A stretch of DNA of 64,000 nt, taken from the human T2T-CHM13v2.0 reference genome, Homo sapiens. The notes under the pieces are model-generated. The model was not told the DNA's origin, searched no databases, and worked only from the letters and a program-made list of their open reading frames with translations. Shown one piece after another: positions 29,149 to 42,940 of this stretch. Each line of letters begins with the position of its first letter. Within the stretch, counting starts at the first letter, position 1. The stretch lies in assembly GCF_009914755.1 (NCBI RefSeq), contig NC_060937.1. One strand, given 5' to 3'. The position numbers were made by a program, and so were the translations under genes.

Positions 29149-31162
29149 GTGAGTGAAGTCTTCCAATGCTTACAAAGTGTAAAGCTTAAGCAGTCATTAT
29201 AAACCTATTAGATCTAGAGTTGCAGTTTATCACAGTGGAATGGACCATTTATAATATATCAAAGAAACAGCAAATCTTGAGGTTGCCCCAGAAAAAAAGC
29301 AACCATTGAATAACACAGTCAAAAACGAAAAACGAAGGCCCTGGGTATCATTCATTAATCCTAAAATAAGAACTTGACCAAAGTCACTTGATTGTTCTTA
29401 TTTCATAGACATTTCCCACCCTTTCCTATTTGGGGTTATACTAACAAGGAAAATATGGCATATATTAGCTAGATATGTATATTTATGAATTTACAGTATA
29501 AAAATTAGTAAATTCAACACTTTTTAGATAAAATGAAATCATTGGAATTTTATAGCTCTTAGCAGTGCTTGTTGATTTATTTTTTGTTTGGATTTTAGCT
29601 TCAAAATAGTTTTTCAAGAGTCATAGGTAAACCAGAGTTTTGGCTTTCTTTTGATTTACATCTAAGGCTTCATGAATATCAAATGGGTAATAAAGCAATG
29701 TGTCTTAAATACATATATTTTTGTAAAATTTTATCTCTAATTTATTCATCTCATGACTTTTTATTAATTTTAATGTTTTTGTTGTTTCAAATACAATAAA
29801 ATGTTTGCTAATGATTCATCCAAAGTAAATTAAATTACTCTTATGTATAAGACTAAAAACTGTGAATAGGTTTTTTATGTCCTATTGTAAAAAGTGAAAA
29901 GAACTGTAGTTGATATAGTAACAGTCTTCAGAACATTAGTAGTATGTAAATATATTTAGACTTATTATTTCAGTTGTTTTGAATGAGAAACTACATTTAA
30001 AATATGTGAACCTAACCTCTAAGTCATTTACTGATTAATGATTTATAGAAAGTTAATTTTTGCCTGTAGGGCAGCCTGTTCTATTATATATACCTCAACA
30101 GATACAGTGTTAAGTTTTCTAGTCGTTAAAATGTTTAATGCAAATATTAATATACCCATATATATAAGTATATACATATATGTTTATATATACTTATTTA
30201 TATATATTTTTTAAAACAAAATTAATATATATTCAGTTTAAATATATATTAATATTTTTGGAATAAATATAATTATGCTGAATTTATTTTAAGGTTGACC
30301 TCAGAAAAAGCTGTTTTCTAAGTAGTAATTGCTAGACCGATGACTTTTTTCACGATCTTTTACCATAGCAACTTTCTGTGTTAATAGTGCAATATTGTTT
30401 TAAAAATTATTTTTAACAAAAGCAATGTGAATCCTTATTTATTATTCCCATTTTCTGAAAATTTATATGTTTACTTGACGTGACTTAAATGGTCATGATG
30501 GGTTGTAGCTCTGTGATTTTATAAAACATATGAATCTTTGAGATACATTTTCAATAATGGCTTGTTGAAACTTGATATGTAAATACACTGCATGAGATAG
30601 ACCCATCTATGTGAATGACACATAAAATGATTGATAGATAATTGATTGGCTACTACTTATGAAAATGCCTAAAGTAAGTGAAGAGTTTTTTGTATCTTTA
30701 TGAGAAACTCTGTTAACTTTTTAAAAAGAGAGCAAACCAACAAAAACAGCAACAAGAAAAAACTGCTGTTCACATTAACTGTTTAATTTCATGCCAACCA
30801 CTAACTTAGAAATGTATTTGACAGAAGTGAATTTTATGTATATTCTCTTATAGAGAAAGGAAGTGGTCTTATTTATTATGTATGAAAATGCAATTTATAC
30901 TAAAAAGCTATTTTTTCAATTTTGATATTGAAAATTGAAGTCTAGGGAAGGTGGCTATTATTATTTAAAAAATGCCAAAGATGGCATAAATTTTAAATAA
31001 TATTGCGCAGGAAATAATTGCTAGTCTAAGAGTAAGAATGCCACACATCCCTATTAGTAAATACAGGAAAATTATTTTGAATCTAGAAGATACACTTAAA
31101 TAATTTATGAATTATGTGTAAAAGACTGGCTTCCACTTTAAAGCATGATTTATATATATATA

Positions 31163-31470
31163 TTTTTATTATACTTTAAGTTCTAGGGTACATGTGCACA
31201 ACGTGCAGGTTTGTTACATATGTATGCAAGTGCCATGTTGGTGTGCTGTACCCATTAACTCGTCATTTACATTAGTTACATCTCCTAATGCTATCTCTCC
31301 CCGCTCCCCCCACCCCACAACAGGCCCCGTGTGTGATGTTCCCCTTCCTGTGTCCCAGTGTTCTCATTGTTCAATTCCCACCTATGAGTGAGAACATGCG
31401 GTGTTTGGTTTTTTGTCCTTTCGATAGTTTGCTGAGAATGATGGTTTCCAGCTTCATCCATGTCCCTACA
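31163..31470 (-). mobile_element. L1PA 3' end (~310 bp, 5'-truncated), antisense
   Basis: ttattatactttaagttctagggtacatgtgcacaacgtgcagg...cccacctatgagtgagaacatgcggtgtttgg...catccatgtccctaca. Confidence 0.95.
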
Positions 31471-31499
31471 TTTTTTAAAGTTAGTTAAAATAATATTTC

Positions 31500-31650
31500 A
31501 CTGATTGATTGATCCATTGATTTGATTTATTCATTCATTTAATAAATATCTAGTAAGTGCTTTGAATATGTAAGGAAACGTTAGATCATTCAGGAATGTC
31601 AAAAATGAATTTGAATTAGAGCCTGCCTTTAAGTAATCATATGGAACTAA
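31500..31650 (-). mobile_element. L2 3'-end fragment
   Basis: ttattcattcatttaataaatat...aagtgct, the typical antisense L2 tail. Confidence 0.55.
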
Positions 31651-31665
31651 TTACAGATGGGTGAT

Positions 31666-31872
31666 CTCTCTCTCTCTATTTCTCCCCTTCCCCCTCTTCA
31701 TGTTCCCCTCCTTTGCTTTCTCTCCTCTCATCTTTCTGTGTCTTCTATCCTCCTATATTTCTTTGTCTACTTCTCATCTATATATCTCTTTATCTATCTT
31801 TTTTGTCTATGTCAACTATTTTATCTATCTGTCAGTCTGTCTTTCAACTATCTATGTTTGTATCTGTTCATC
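31666..31872. repeat. Pyrimidine-rich low-complexity tract (CT/CTAT-like)
   Basis: Directly visible; explains the three overlapping Leu/Ser/Phe-rich ORFs here. Confidence 0.8.
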
Positions 31873-34800
31873 TAGATTTAGAGGAGGAGACTACAATTTA
31901 TTGAGTTCTTACCACTTACCATAAACAGTGCAAACAATTTCAACATTAGGTTGTTTAACCTGCAAACTCTAAAAAGTTTTTATTTTTATCTTACATATAA
32001 AAAATAAGCTAACTCGAAGTTTATTAACTGGCACAGCAGGTTGGAGTTTAATCCTAGGTCTGGATATGGCTCTAACTTTTCTATTTTCTACACAACCTTG
32101 TCTCCAAATGAGAGACTTTGCTCAAATAACCATTTTGACTCATTGCTATGAGAATATATTGAATAAACATCAGAGTAAGTAAAAACCAGTTAATGTGTGC
32201 AAACCAAGGGGGAGAAGATCAAAATATCTCATATGCATTGATTGAACTACTGTATTTTGTTCAGTACCTGAAACATATTACCCTATTTAATTCTCATGGC
32301 ATTTATAGGTAGGAAAGTACTGTTACTCTCACATTCAGTAGATATTAAGTAACTATTAAGCAACTTTTTTTAATATTCTGTAGTTATAAGTAGTGAAGGC
32401 AGTATAGAAATTTAAAAAATACATTCAAAGCCTGCCCTTTCAAACAATGTTTTATGCTATTCACGTAATGAGTAGTTTACTCAGAAATAATGTTAAAATG
32501 TTAAACAAGCAAGCAGCTATTGTCTTGATCAATGTATTTATTTATTCTATTTGAAAAACATCATGAGAGAAAATTCCACAATTAAGTCAAGCACACATAT
32601 AAATAACAACTTCCTTTATAGATGAGAGATGATGACAGCCATATCCAAATAATTATTTCATGTAGATTTCAAATATTAAACCCTAATTTTAATAGTTTCA
32701 AAATTACCCTAAAAAACAAAAGTAAATTTTCTCTTACGAGAAAAAACTAGAGCTAAATGAAAGGAGATGTGTTTCTCAGTCTTTTTCTCTTACTAAAAAT
32801 GTGTAGCAGTGCCTTACACAGATTTCAATTAAAATTCAGTAGCATATTATATTTTATATTTTTATATTAGAATATAATTTAAAAATATATATATTTTTTC
32901 CAATTTAAATGATCTCATTTTAGAAAAATAATGTTTTATATTTAAATTGAAATATTTCTTTAATTTAGAAATGAAAATCAATTTCAAAAATAATCTTCAC
33001 ATTTTCAATACTTTCTTTGTTAATAATGGTTTTCCTTTGGAAATGACTTAGGCCTTTTGAGATTTTATTTTATTAGCTCAAATATTACTTTCTCATCTTC
33101 TGTGCAGTGAAATTTTTTCTATTTGTTCCGTTCCTGATATTTGTGTATTTTTGCTACCATTAGTTTAATTCCAAATACATCGCAAAAGTAATGTATTGCC
33201 CACTATTTTGGCAAAATAATTTAAAAGAATTCAGCAGCTAATTGAAGGTGTGATGTACTGTACTAGAGCTGAAGACAGCTTTAAGGATGTAATGTTAATA
33301 AACCCGTTAGTAGAAAGAGGTTATTTTTTCTTTTAGTGTGATGGGAAAAAAATCAAAGAATGTATCTAGTTTCTTTCCATTTTATTGCATGTTTGTGCCG
33401 TAGTTTTCAAATAGTTAATTAGATTTTCTCCATACCCCCCTTTCATCCTTTATAAAATATAGTAGGTAGGAAGGTAGATTAAAAAATTCCAAATATTTTG
33501 GAAGTTGTATAGTACCATAATAGGATATTACTTAATAAAAAGGTAAATATGTATTTTTACCTAATAAATTATTGTTTATCTTAAAAATGGGAAAAGAAAA
33601 CCATGGAATATTGAGAAAAATATATCTGATCCTTTTTTTTAATGATTTTATATTTTGGAAGAAGATAAACTGATTTATATCAAGACCTAATGAAAATAAA
33701 TATAGTATTAGTTCTGTAAAGAAGAGCTACCTATAGTTTTATAAATAATAAAACTTTTTTAAGAGTTTATGAAGCTAATGTTTTCTTAAGCCTCAGAATA
33801 TTATTCACACTTTAGCTTCTTTAAGTAAGTACTGTATCTTTGAATTTCTATCCATTGGAAGCCCTGTAAATTATTTTGATTGTTAGCAATAACTTTTTCT
33901 TCATGAAAAGATTTAATAAGCATTTTCTAAAATTTAATAGTCTCCATTGATTTCTAACTAATAAATGTACAGTCCTTATAAGTGCTTACCAGCAATTTCT
34001 CTGAGCTCCTTAATGATGGCTAAGTGATAGTTCCCAATTTTCCAAGGATTATCAGCTTTCTGCTATCTTTATAATTGACTGAAACCAACTCCTTGAAATA
34101 GAATTGTACAGGAGAATTCTGTTGCAACCTGTGCCAGAAGTGGCGGTGGGATCATCACCAATTCTAACATCACCCTTTTGGGTGGCCGGCTGTCAGTCCC
34201 TTCCCGGTGACTGGATTCAAGGACTTCTCTGCTTCCCAGGGATTACCATTCTAATTCTTTCTCATTTTTTCATTTTATTTAATTGCCTTGTAATTTCTAG
34301 TTTTCTATTTAATTCTATGGCTTCCTTCTCCTGCCTCTACTGTTAGAAAATCTGTCTTCTTAAATTACATTGAGTTTTAAAATTTCATAATGAAATTCCT
34401 GATTCAAATCCAATTTTTAAAATCCATGAAAAGTTGCCAGTAATAGGAATATCAAATATCTTTGGTTTGTTTTAGTGAATTCCAGTTCTAAAACTAAATT
34501 TCTTCCTTAAGGATGGCCTTTTTTTCCTTCCTAGAACATTCTAGAAAATCACAGAAAGTAAAGCTAATAAATATTTGTTTGTTTCTTTAAGTTAGTATTT
34601 GAATTTTGCTTGGGGGCACCTTAATCAAAATAGGCTTAGGCTAGTTTAAATGAGGGCAGTATTTGTTATGTAATTTCGCAGTTGCCTAGAGGTAAGGGTG
34701 GGGGAGGCTCTGAGTTTCACTCCCTCAACTCTCCCTTTCTAATTCCCCATATAATGACTGAAAGTTCATCATATTTCTAATTATGTTTGGAAATGAAACC

Positions 34801-35087
34801 GATTAAGAAACTTTCCACAACCTGTATTTTACCATGAAGGAACTATTTAAGAAAGCTATAGCAAGGAAATAGAAGTTGAGGCTCGTGCCCACCTGGGGAC
34901 GAATGTGTGGAACCACACATTCAGATTGTGTGAAGTTAGTGAGCTAGAGGTTTAAGGTGCTGACCACAAACCAGTTACTTTACAATCTTCCCTATAACTG
35001 ACACTAAATAGAAAAGTAGTAGAACTGTTTCTTTCTGTGTTCTAGTCTGTGGAATGGTTACTGTAGTTCTGACTCTTCCAATTAAGC

Positions 35088-35802
35088 AGTCGAGATCTTT
35101 TCCCAGACCTTCCCATAACAGACAACAGCCAAACTTTTCCCAAACCAAAGAGAGGGTCGAGATGCTTATTCCTGTGGCCCAATAGCAAGATGCAGACTAA
35201 CTGGGAAAGAAGAGAGTTTACTTCTGTAACCGGGTATAGGGAGAAGGCTGGGAAAGTATCACCAGACCAAGTCTAAATTACAAAGTTTTCCAGAGCTTAT
35301 ATAACCTCTAAGCTATACATCTATGTGTAAGTGTGCATTTGTCTAAAGACATAAGTGATTAACTTCTTCTAATCTATAACTAAGGTCTGAGTCCTGAAGA
35401 CCTTCCTCTGGAGCCTCAGTAAATGTACTTAATCTAAATGGGTCCAGGTGCCGGGGGTGATTACCCTCATCTTGTCTCCTGCTAAATCATGGAGGTTTGG
35501 GAAGTTCCTTTAGATCCTCCAATAAAACTTGTTTGTGGAGGTCTGGGAAGTTTCTTCAGACCCCCAGTAAAACCTGTTTAATCCTAAACGTGTCCTGTTA
35601 AGAATTCCTTTGTTATCTTGCTATGCTTTAAGGCCCAGGAAAGGCCTACTCAAGACTTGATGGGCTTTTGTTACATTCCAGCCTTTGTTTAGGGGCACTG
35701 GCTCTTTCAGCTTTTAATATTTAACCTAACCACTCAATCAGTGCTGAAACATTTGTCACAGAGGCCTGCTGTTCAGCTGTTAGTGAGACCTGGCCTGCCA
35801 AA
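35088..35802 (-). mobile_element. Solo ERV1-class LTR (~715 bp; MER39-like, family tentative), antisense
   Basis: Minus strand begins T(T)TGGCAGGCCAGGTCTCACTAAC; minus-strand TATA-like box (plus ttatata ~35297); degenerate polyA signal (plus tttact ~35217); internal ~47-bp tandem unit 35491-35580; possible 4-bp TSD aagc/aaac. Confidence 0.72.
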
Positions 35803-36620
35803 AAACCACTTCCACGTAACCAAGAACATGAAGGTGATGACTGAGTCCCTCCTTGTAGTGGCCATATGCCAGTCTCTGAAAACAATTTTTAAAAGAAATG
35901 CTGCTGCAAGCTTATTAATAGTAAATTTGTCTTAGGAAGGAAATAGAAAATTACTGTCATATATGGGGGACAGGAAGAAACTGTTGAATATTTAACACCA
36001 GAAAAAAAAATTACTTAGAAATGTTTAAGGACACTGTTGTTTTCACATAGATGGCATCTAAGAAACTGCAGTATTTGCCAGGACTTCCAATTATTTTCAA
36101 GCCCTGTAAGGTTTTACTAGAATGCATTTATCTAATAGCTTCTCAGTGTCAATTTTCCCACCCCCCTGTGCTGTCTTTCAAGACTTTCAAAATTCATCTC
36201 GGTTTATGTTTTCTGGATAAAGTGTTTCCCAAATTGTATGCAGCTTCAGTTTATTTTTGCTTACCAAAGTTTGCAACTGCCCCCACAGTTTACCTAACTT
36301 TACAAGTTTCAATATATTTTTCACATGTGCAAACATCTGCTTCTAGAATCCAGCAGCTGGTATCATGAAAATAGAGAGATTTTATGATTCTCATATTTGT
36401 TGCACATTGTAAAGCCTCCTAACAAGTGTTGCATGATTTACTACGGACTCATGTGATTTTGAGAATCTCTTGCTTTTGCTAAAATTAGGGAATGCTGGGA
36501 CTATATTTCCAAATGTCCTAAAAGCCCTCTCCTGCCTTATAATTATTGTATCTTTCAAGTAAATATCTCAACATATCAACATAAAAAAGTCCTTTTTTTA
36601 GTTTTATTATAATGACAATA

Positions 36621-36937
36621 TTTTGTTTTATTTTTTATTTCATTTTATTTCTTTCTAGAGACAGGGTCTCGTTCTGTTGCCCATGCTGGAGTGCAATATT
36701 GCAATCACAGCTCATTGCAGCCTTGATCTCCTGGGCTCAAGTGATCCTCCTACCTCAGCCTTCAAAGTAGGACTACAGACACACACACCACTATACCTGG
36801 CTAATTTTTCAAATTTATTTATAGGTATGGGGTCTTGTTTCATTGGCCAGGCTGCTCTTGAACTCCTGGCTTCAAGTAATTCTTCCGCTTCAGCCTCCCA
36901 AAGTGCTGGGGTCACCAGTTAGAGCCACTGTGCCCAC
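36621..36937 (-). mobile_element. Alu (AluJ-like), antisense
   Basis: gagacagggtctcgttctgttgcccatgctggagtgc...cccaaagtgctggg...gagccactgtgcccacc. Confidence 0.92.
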
Positions 36938-37659
36938 CTTTTTTATTTTTTATTAAGAAAAATCATGCACTATTATTAAGTACGCTTTTATGGAACTAGG
37001 AGGGTGCCCGTACACTATTAAAATTCAGACTAGTTATCAGCATTAGTTAGTTAAGAACTTAAGGAAATAATTTTGTTAATTTAATAGGTCTAAAACATTC
37101 CCCAGAAATTTTCTCTTATTTCATTTTGAGAGCATGTTCCAATATTAGAAGTCCTCTGTTCTTTTAAAAGCCATATTACAAAACATTATGGTGAGAAGAA
37201 ACCTTGAAATATAACGCCTCCATTTTATAAGAAAACAGACAGTTTCCATTGAGTCTTCAGGTTAGTGGCAAAGGCAATACTAGTTCCAGGTTTGTGGTTT
37301 TCCACTGTAGGACTCTTTCCATCCTACCAAGCCATTCCCGTAACACACAATAGAGACTTCAAAGTCTCCAAATAGGCACATCATATCTGTAGCAGCACCA
37401 TTTATTTCCTTACCTGAAGGAAATCTGAAGATGTAAGTGGTCATTTTTGAGAGCTTGATTCTTGATCCTTTAACATATATTGAATGAAAGCGCTAAAATG
37501 TCTCAATCCAGACGTACCCACTGACACTACTGTGCTATCACCAAACACTAGGATGTATATATTTTGTCAGTCTGTGCACAATATCTCTATTTCTCTTATT
37601 TGTTGCTCATTGATTCTTTCCTTAGTGTTGTAAGGAATCATGGAAACAGGAAAGCTTTT

Positions 37660-39850
37660 AACTCATTCATTTATTCATTCACTGTTTTAAAATAAACAGG
37701 TATACCACGGAATACAAAGATGAGCTGAGGCACAGACTGGGTTTTCAGGGAGCTCACACTGTCATAAGAGAATCTGACATATAAACTATGAGGTCAGTGC
37801 AGTAAGACATGTCCACAAAATTCATGTAGAATGAAAACCCAGCCCAGATTTAGGGAATCAAAGAGAATTTGTGGAGTAAGAAACATTTGAGCAGACCCTT
37901 CTGCACACTTGGCAGAGTAAAGTCAGAGGAGGGAGGATGACAGGAAACACTCAGAAGCACAGATGACGTGAACCAGTGTATGGCAAGTTGCTGTGAGGTG
38001 CAGATGAGTAGCGATGTGTGAGACTAGGAATGGCACATATGAGACTAGGGAGGTGGCTGGAAGCCCAGTGATGCAAAGCCTGATAGAGAGCCATTAGGGG
38101 TGCTCAGGAGGTAACATTGCAAACTTGCATTTTAAAGAGATGATGTTTCTGGCAATGTGTTGGGAGAGAGGAATAAATTAGGAAGCTTGGGAAGTAGTCC
38201 AAGGCAAGAGAAAATGAGGCCCAGAGTAGTGAAGAGGTAGGAGGAATGAACAAAGTAAGCGATTAAAAACTTGTTTTGATATATGCCACTACTTTTATAA
38301 TGATAATGGATTGCTTAGTATTTTACTTGAAATTAGTTTTTGGGATAAGAAATTCTAAAGGAAAAAAATGACTTAATGTCTAACTAAATGGAATATTAAT
38401 TGAATTATTTAATGCCTTAATTAAGTTTTAATGTTATGTATGTGTTAATTATCTCTTAATGTCTGATGCTTATATGTTTATTAGAATTGACTCAGTAATG
38501 TGGAACATTTGAAATTTTTTTCCAGAGATGCTAGGAAAAAAACAAAAAAACAACTTCAGTTAACCAGATCTTTGAGAAAACCTTCAGAAAACAATTAGGT
38601 AGTATAAAACTTGATGTGTTATTGTATCATAGGATTGTGACTTCAGTAGCTGCCTAAACAGTAGTGCAGTTTACTAAGGTGGTGAAGACAGGGTGAGGTC
38701 ACTGCAGGAACAACATTTGGGCTTTATAAAGAAGAGTTTAGATTTAGACATGTTAGAAATGTCTGAGGCACCCGTATGGAAGTATCAGAAGAGGCAACTG
38801 GCAATTACAGTTTGGCAATCAGAGAGGTCAGGAGGTATAAACTTGCAAGTTATTGGCATAGAAGCATACTTAAATCCAAGTAAATTAATGAGAAAGAATA
38901 TTGGGAGAAAAGATAATAGGGTTCATAACAGAATCCCATAGAACACAACGTTAAGAAGCTAGGAAGAGGAAGAGGTCAGTAATAGTTCAGCCTGCCAAGA
39001 AAAATACTCAGTATGTTCTGTGGGAATCCAAAATCTAGAGACCCCTAGATGAGATATTTCACTGAATCCCACAGTTTTTACATTTCATTTCCAGCCAAGT
39101 ATAATTGATAGCCAAATTATGACAATATATTGGTTGAATACTGCTGTTTCTATTTAAAATAAAATATACTGAGCTGGTTGTATTTTATGATTCACAAACT
39201 AGTCCTGAGGGCAGTCCCAAATATGTGACCATGCATGACTGGCATCAATGTATAACTTTTCAAGCTCACTATTTTGAAAGAAGAAACATTTACTTGAAAA
39301 AAATATGTTTTGAATTTTTAACTAACTTTTTGTCTTGTGCCCACTATGCATATGGGACTGTCTTAGTTGTTATGTTGAATGTTTGTTCAACAAATATATA
39401 TTGCATTTCTGGCATGTGACAGATACCGTTTCAAGTGCTGAGGATTGAGTAGTAAGTGAAACAAACATTCCTGCTCACATAGAGCTTACATTCCAGTGAG
39501 GATTCCTAGCCAATTCCCTAGACTCTCTTGGGACTTATGAAACCTATTTTCAAAGAATTTACAGTCTAGTAATGAAAATGAAATATATATTGAAAATATA
39601 GTAAAATGTAGAAAATAATGTATTGTTATTTAGGTATAAATGAAAACTCTAGGGCTTTTAAAGAGGAAGGATAGAATACTAATACTTATTCAATGAAGAT
39701 TTCATGTAAGAGTTAAAATTTGAGCTAGGACTTAAGAGATGAACAGAATTTTACTTTAAGAGATAAGGAGAAACTTAAACAGCATAAACAAGCATGAAAT
39801 ATAGAAGATATATATACAGTGTTTCAAAGAATTGTTTGATGTATTCAGAG
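37660..39850 (-). mobile_element. Cluster of degenerate L2 fragments (about 37660-38250, 38630-38970, 39370-39850)
   Basis: L2 antisense signatures: tcattcatttattcattca, ggagctcacact, tttagacatgttagaaatgtct, ttcaacaaatat...agagcttacattccagtg; purine-rich. Confidence 0.6.
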
Positions 39851-40105
39851 GAGAATGGACAGAGACAGAAGAGTTATCAGTAAGAACGGGAAAGCCATAG
39901 TCAGTAAGGAAGGAGAGGGGTAGGAAGCTACATAGTCACAGTGGCCGAAGCTACGCAAGAAGACACACTGTCGGTTCTTTAGAGAAATCTAACACAATGA
40001 AGTTCAAGAAACATCTATACAATCTGACAACTGACAGGTCACTCCTGATTTCCATGAGAGGAGTTAAGATGTTAAAAGATAAGAGATTTCAAAAGGATAT
40101 ATCGT

Positions 40106-40515
40106 GGCACAGAAACTCAAATACTGCATGATCTCACTCATGTGGTGGAATCCAAAAATACTGATCTCATAGAAGTAGAGAGTCAAATGGTGGTTACCAG
40201 AGGCTGAAGTGGTTGAGAGGCCGGCCTAGAGGATTAGAGAGATGTTAGTCAAAGGATATGTAATTACAGTTAGAAGAAATAAGTTCAAGAGATCTTTTGT
40301 ACAGCATGGTGACTATGGTTAAAGATGATATGTTGTTTTCTTGAAGAATGCAGAGACTGTGGATGTTAAGTGTTCTCCCTACATAATAATAACTATGTGA
40401 AGCAATATAGTTTTTAATTAGCCAGATTTAACTATTTCACTCTCTCTCTCTATCTCCATATATATATATATATATATATCTCGAAACATCATATTGTATA
40501 TGATAAATAGGTTTT
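40106..40515 (+). mobile_element. L1MA-type 3' end, sense, with an internal (CT)n(AT)n
   Basis: ggcacagaaa...atactgcatgatctcactcat...ctcatagaagtagagagt...ggtggttaccagaggctg...aataagttcaagaga...gtacagcatggtgacta. Confidence 0.85.
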
Positions 40516-42898
40516 TTTAAAGAGGGATATGCCAAGGAATTATGGTCAGAGATCGGAGACAGAAGGTTTCCTCCTGTTTCAAGAAAACGTAGCAAGTAAT
40601 GGAGAGGGAGCTGGGGTAGCTAAGGAAGATATTGTTATGGATGAAAAAAGCTTTGAATATTCAAGAAAACTGAGTATCAATATACTGAGGCAGTTGATCC
40701 AGTTAGGAGGAAATATGGAAGGATTGGACTAGAAAAAGGATATTCATTGAAGCATAATGGGGAGGCTAGCTTTAAAGTAAAGATAAACTCTTCTGTAAAG
40801 AAAGGAATGAAGAAATAAATTTGAAAACATAAACAGAGATGTGGAAGAAAAGGGTAAACAATTGCTGGTAGTTTATAATAGGTGGCTCTAATCTTTTCTA
40901 TAAAGTGCAGGGTAAAGTCCATTAATCTCTTATTTCACATAAGCACTTATATAAATGACACTCAGATATGTAAAAATTCAGAGAAGCTAAGAAAATTACC
41001 AAGATACTCTACCACAAGGTGCACATGCGTCAAAAACACGTGTGGCCATTATTTCATATTTATAATTGGTAAAAAACAAGAAATAGGGGCATGGAATATA
41101 TCAAACCAAATATTTTAACATGTTAAAATTAATTTTTTCTTTACTTTTCCGTCTCATGGTTCTCATGAATTTTTGAAAATTGATGTTATGATATTTAGGC
41201 ATATAATTCTTGAAACTGTATGCTTTCCAGAATTAAGAATTTTTCTGATCTTAGAAAGGGGCTATAGTTCATATACATACATTATGTAGCATTTCCACTG
41301 GATTCTGTGACAGTATCCATAATCAAACACATTAACATTGTGTAGTGAAATATCTGAATACTCGCACTAAATAGGGTAAACTAATAATATAAGTAACCTA
41401 TGTCAGTTCAAGTCAGTTTTATTCACCAAAAAAGTAACAAAGTTACTTCAAGATATGGATTTTTTTATTTTAAAATTATGAATAAGGAATATGCAGTCTT
41501 ATATTTAATTTGCATGTTACAGCTTTTCCTTTTTAAAATTCTTGACAAGTTATATTGATGATGATTTAAGCAGTTGTATAATGAAAAAAATTATCGACTA
41601 CGAAGACACATTATTTAATCCAATATTCTATGAAATCATAATAGAATTGTGCAGTTAGGAATCTTCAGACTGAATACAAAAAAAAAAAAAGGAGTATAAG
41701 GGGTGATGGACTATTTAGTCTAGCCAAAGTAAATATGATAAATATTTACTTTGGGAAGCTAAAAAGTAACCTAGGCACATGGTAATGTATAATCACAGCA
41801 TAGGATCATTTTGAATAGCACTTTTAGGATTTGCAGACCAATAACAAATACACCCTTACCTCTGACACTGGGTTTATTTTTGAAACAAAATATATATTTC
41901 ATGGAAATTGATTTGTCTGCCCTAGATTTTATTTTCTTTGAGGATTTGAAAATTCATATTGAAAGATGAAATTGTTTTGTTTTTGTTCTGAATCATTTTC
42001 TTTCTAATTTGAATTACCGTGTTCATTACATAATATTCTTTATACAGATATCTGACCTTTTACCCTTACAAGCTAAGAGTATTTGTAGTATTTAATGGGA
42101 GATGGCAAGAAAACCTGAGAAAATTTTAATGCATACAGAATAACTTCATGATGTATGCAAGCATTACTGCACTCTGTTAGAAAACAATAGACAATAGATT
42201 ACATCTTAAGTAAATATAAATCTGAGAATATTTTCTTTACTCATGGGGTTATGTTTTGATGTTTGTTCAGGGCCAGGTCTCATTATCATTAATTCATACA
42301 TGGATAAGGTAATTCAGTAAATATTACTTCAGTAATTCAGTAAAAATTACATATACTCATGTATATGACATTGTTTGCCTTCAAAGTGTTTTGTCTTTGA
42401 GGATATCAACTCTCTATTGATCTATCTGTAATTCCATTAGGTAAATGTTATATCTACATATATATATATATAAATATGTATGTGTGTATGTATATATAAT
42501 TAATTTTGCTAGAGAAGTAAATAAGGAATGACTTCACAAATTACATGAGCTTGTAATACGATCTTGAAAGTGGACTGTCTATCAGATGAAAATATAAAAC
42601 TTACAAAAACTGAGAGTAATTTAAAAAGTGAATTGAGTGTTTAAAGGCGGGATAATAGCATCATCAAAGAAGTGGAGATGTAGCAAGCCATAGCATAATT
42701 TAGAAATGGCAAATAAATCAAAATATTTTTATTGGAGTGTAGGGTTATCATGGAGATAAACTGGACCAAAAGAATTTGTTAGGGTCAGATTATGAAGGAC
42801 TTGAATGCCATACCAACGAGTTTAAATCTTATTTTACAGACAGCAACAAAACTTTATTTTCAGTGTGGTTACCTAGTCAGGTTATTGCTTTAGAATGA

Positions 42899-42940
42899 TT
42901 TTTTTTTTATTATACTTTAAGTTTTAGGGTACATGTGCAC
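42899..42940 (-). mobile_element. Ultra-short young L1PA 3' terminus (poly-T + ~32 nt), antisense
   Basis: ttttttttttattatactttaagttttagggtacatgtgcac equals the reverse complement of the young L1PA 3' end, then stops abruptly. Confidence 0.85.

Noticed and set aside
31657-31924. Three overlapping hydrophobic ORFs resembling membrane peptides
   Set aside because: A pyrimidine-rich low-complexity tract lacks stop codons by composition.
35491-35580. ~47-bp tandem duplication
   Set aside because: It lies inside the LTR and is probably part of the element itself rather than a locus-specific feature.
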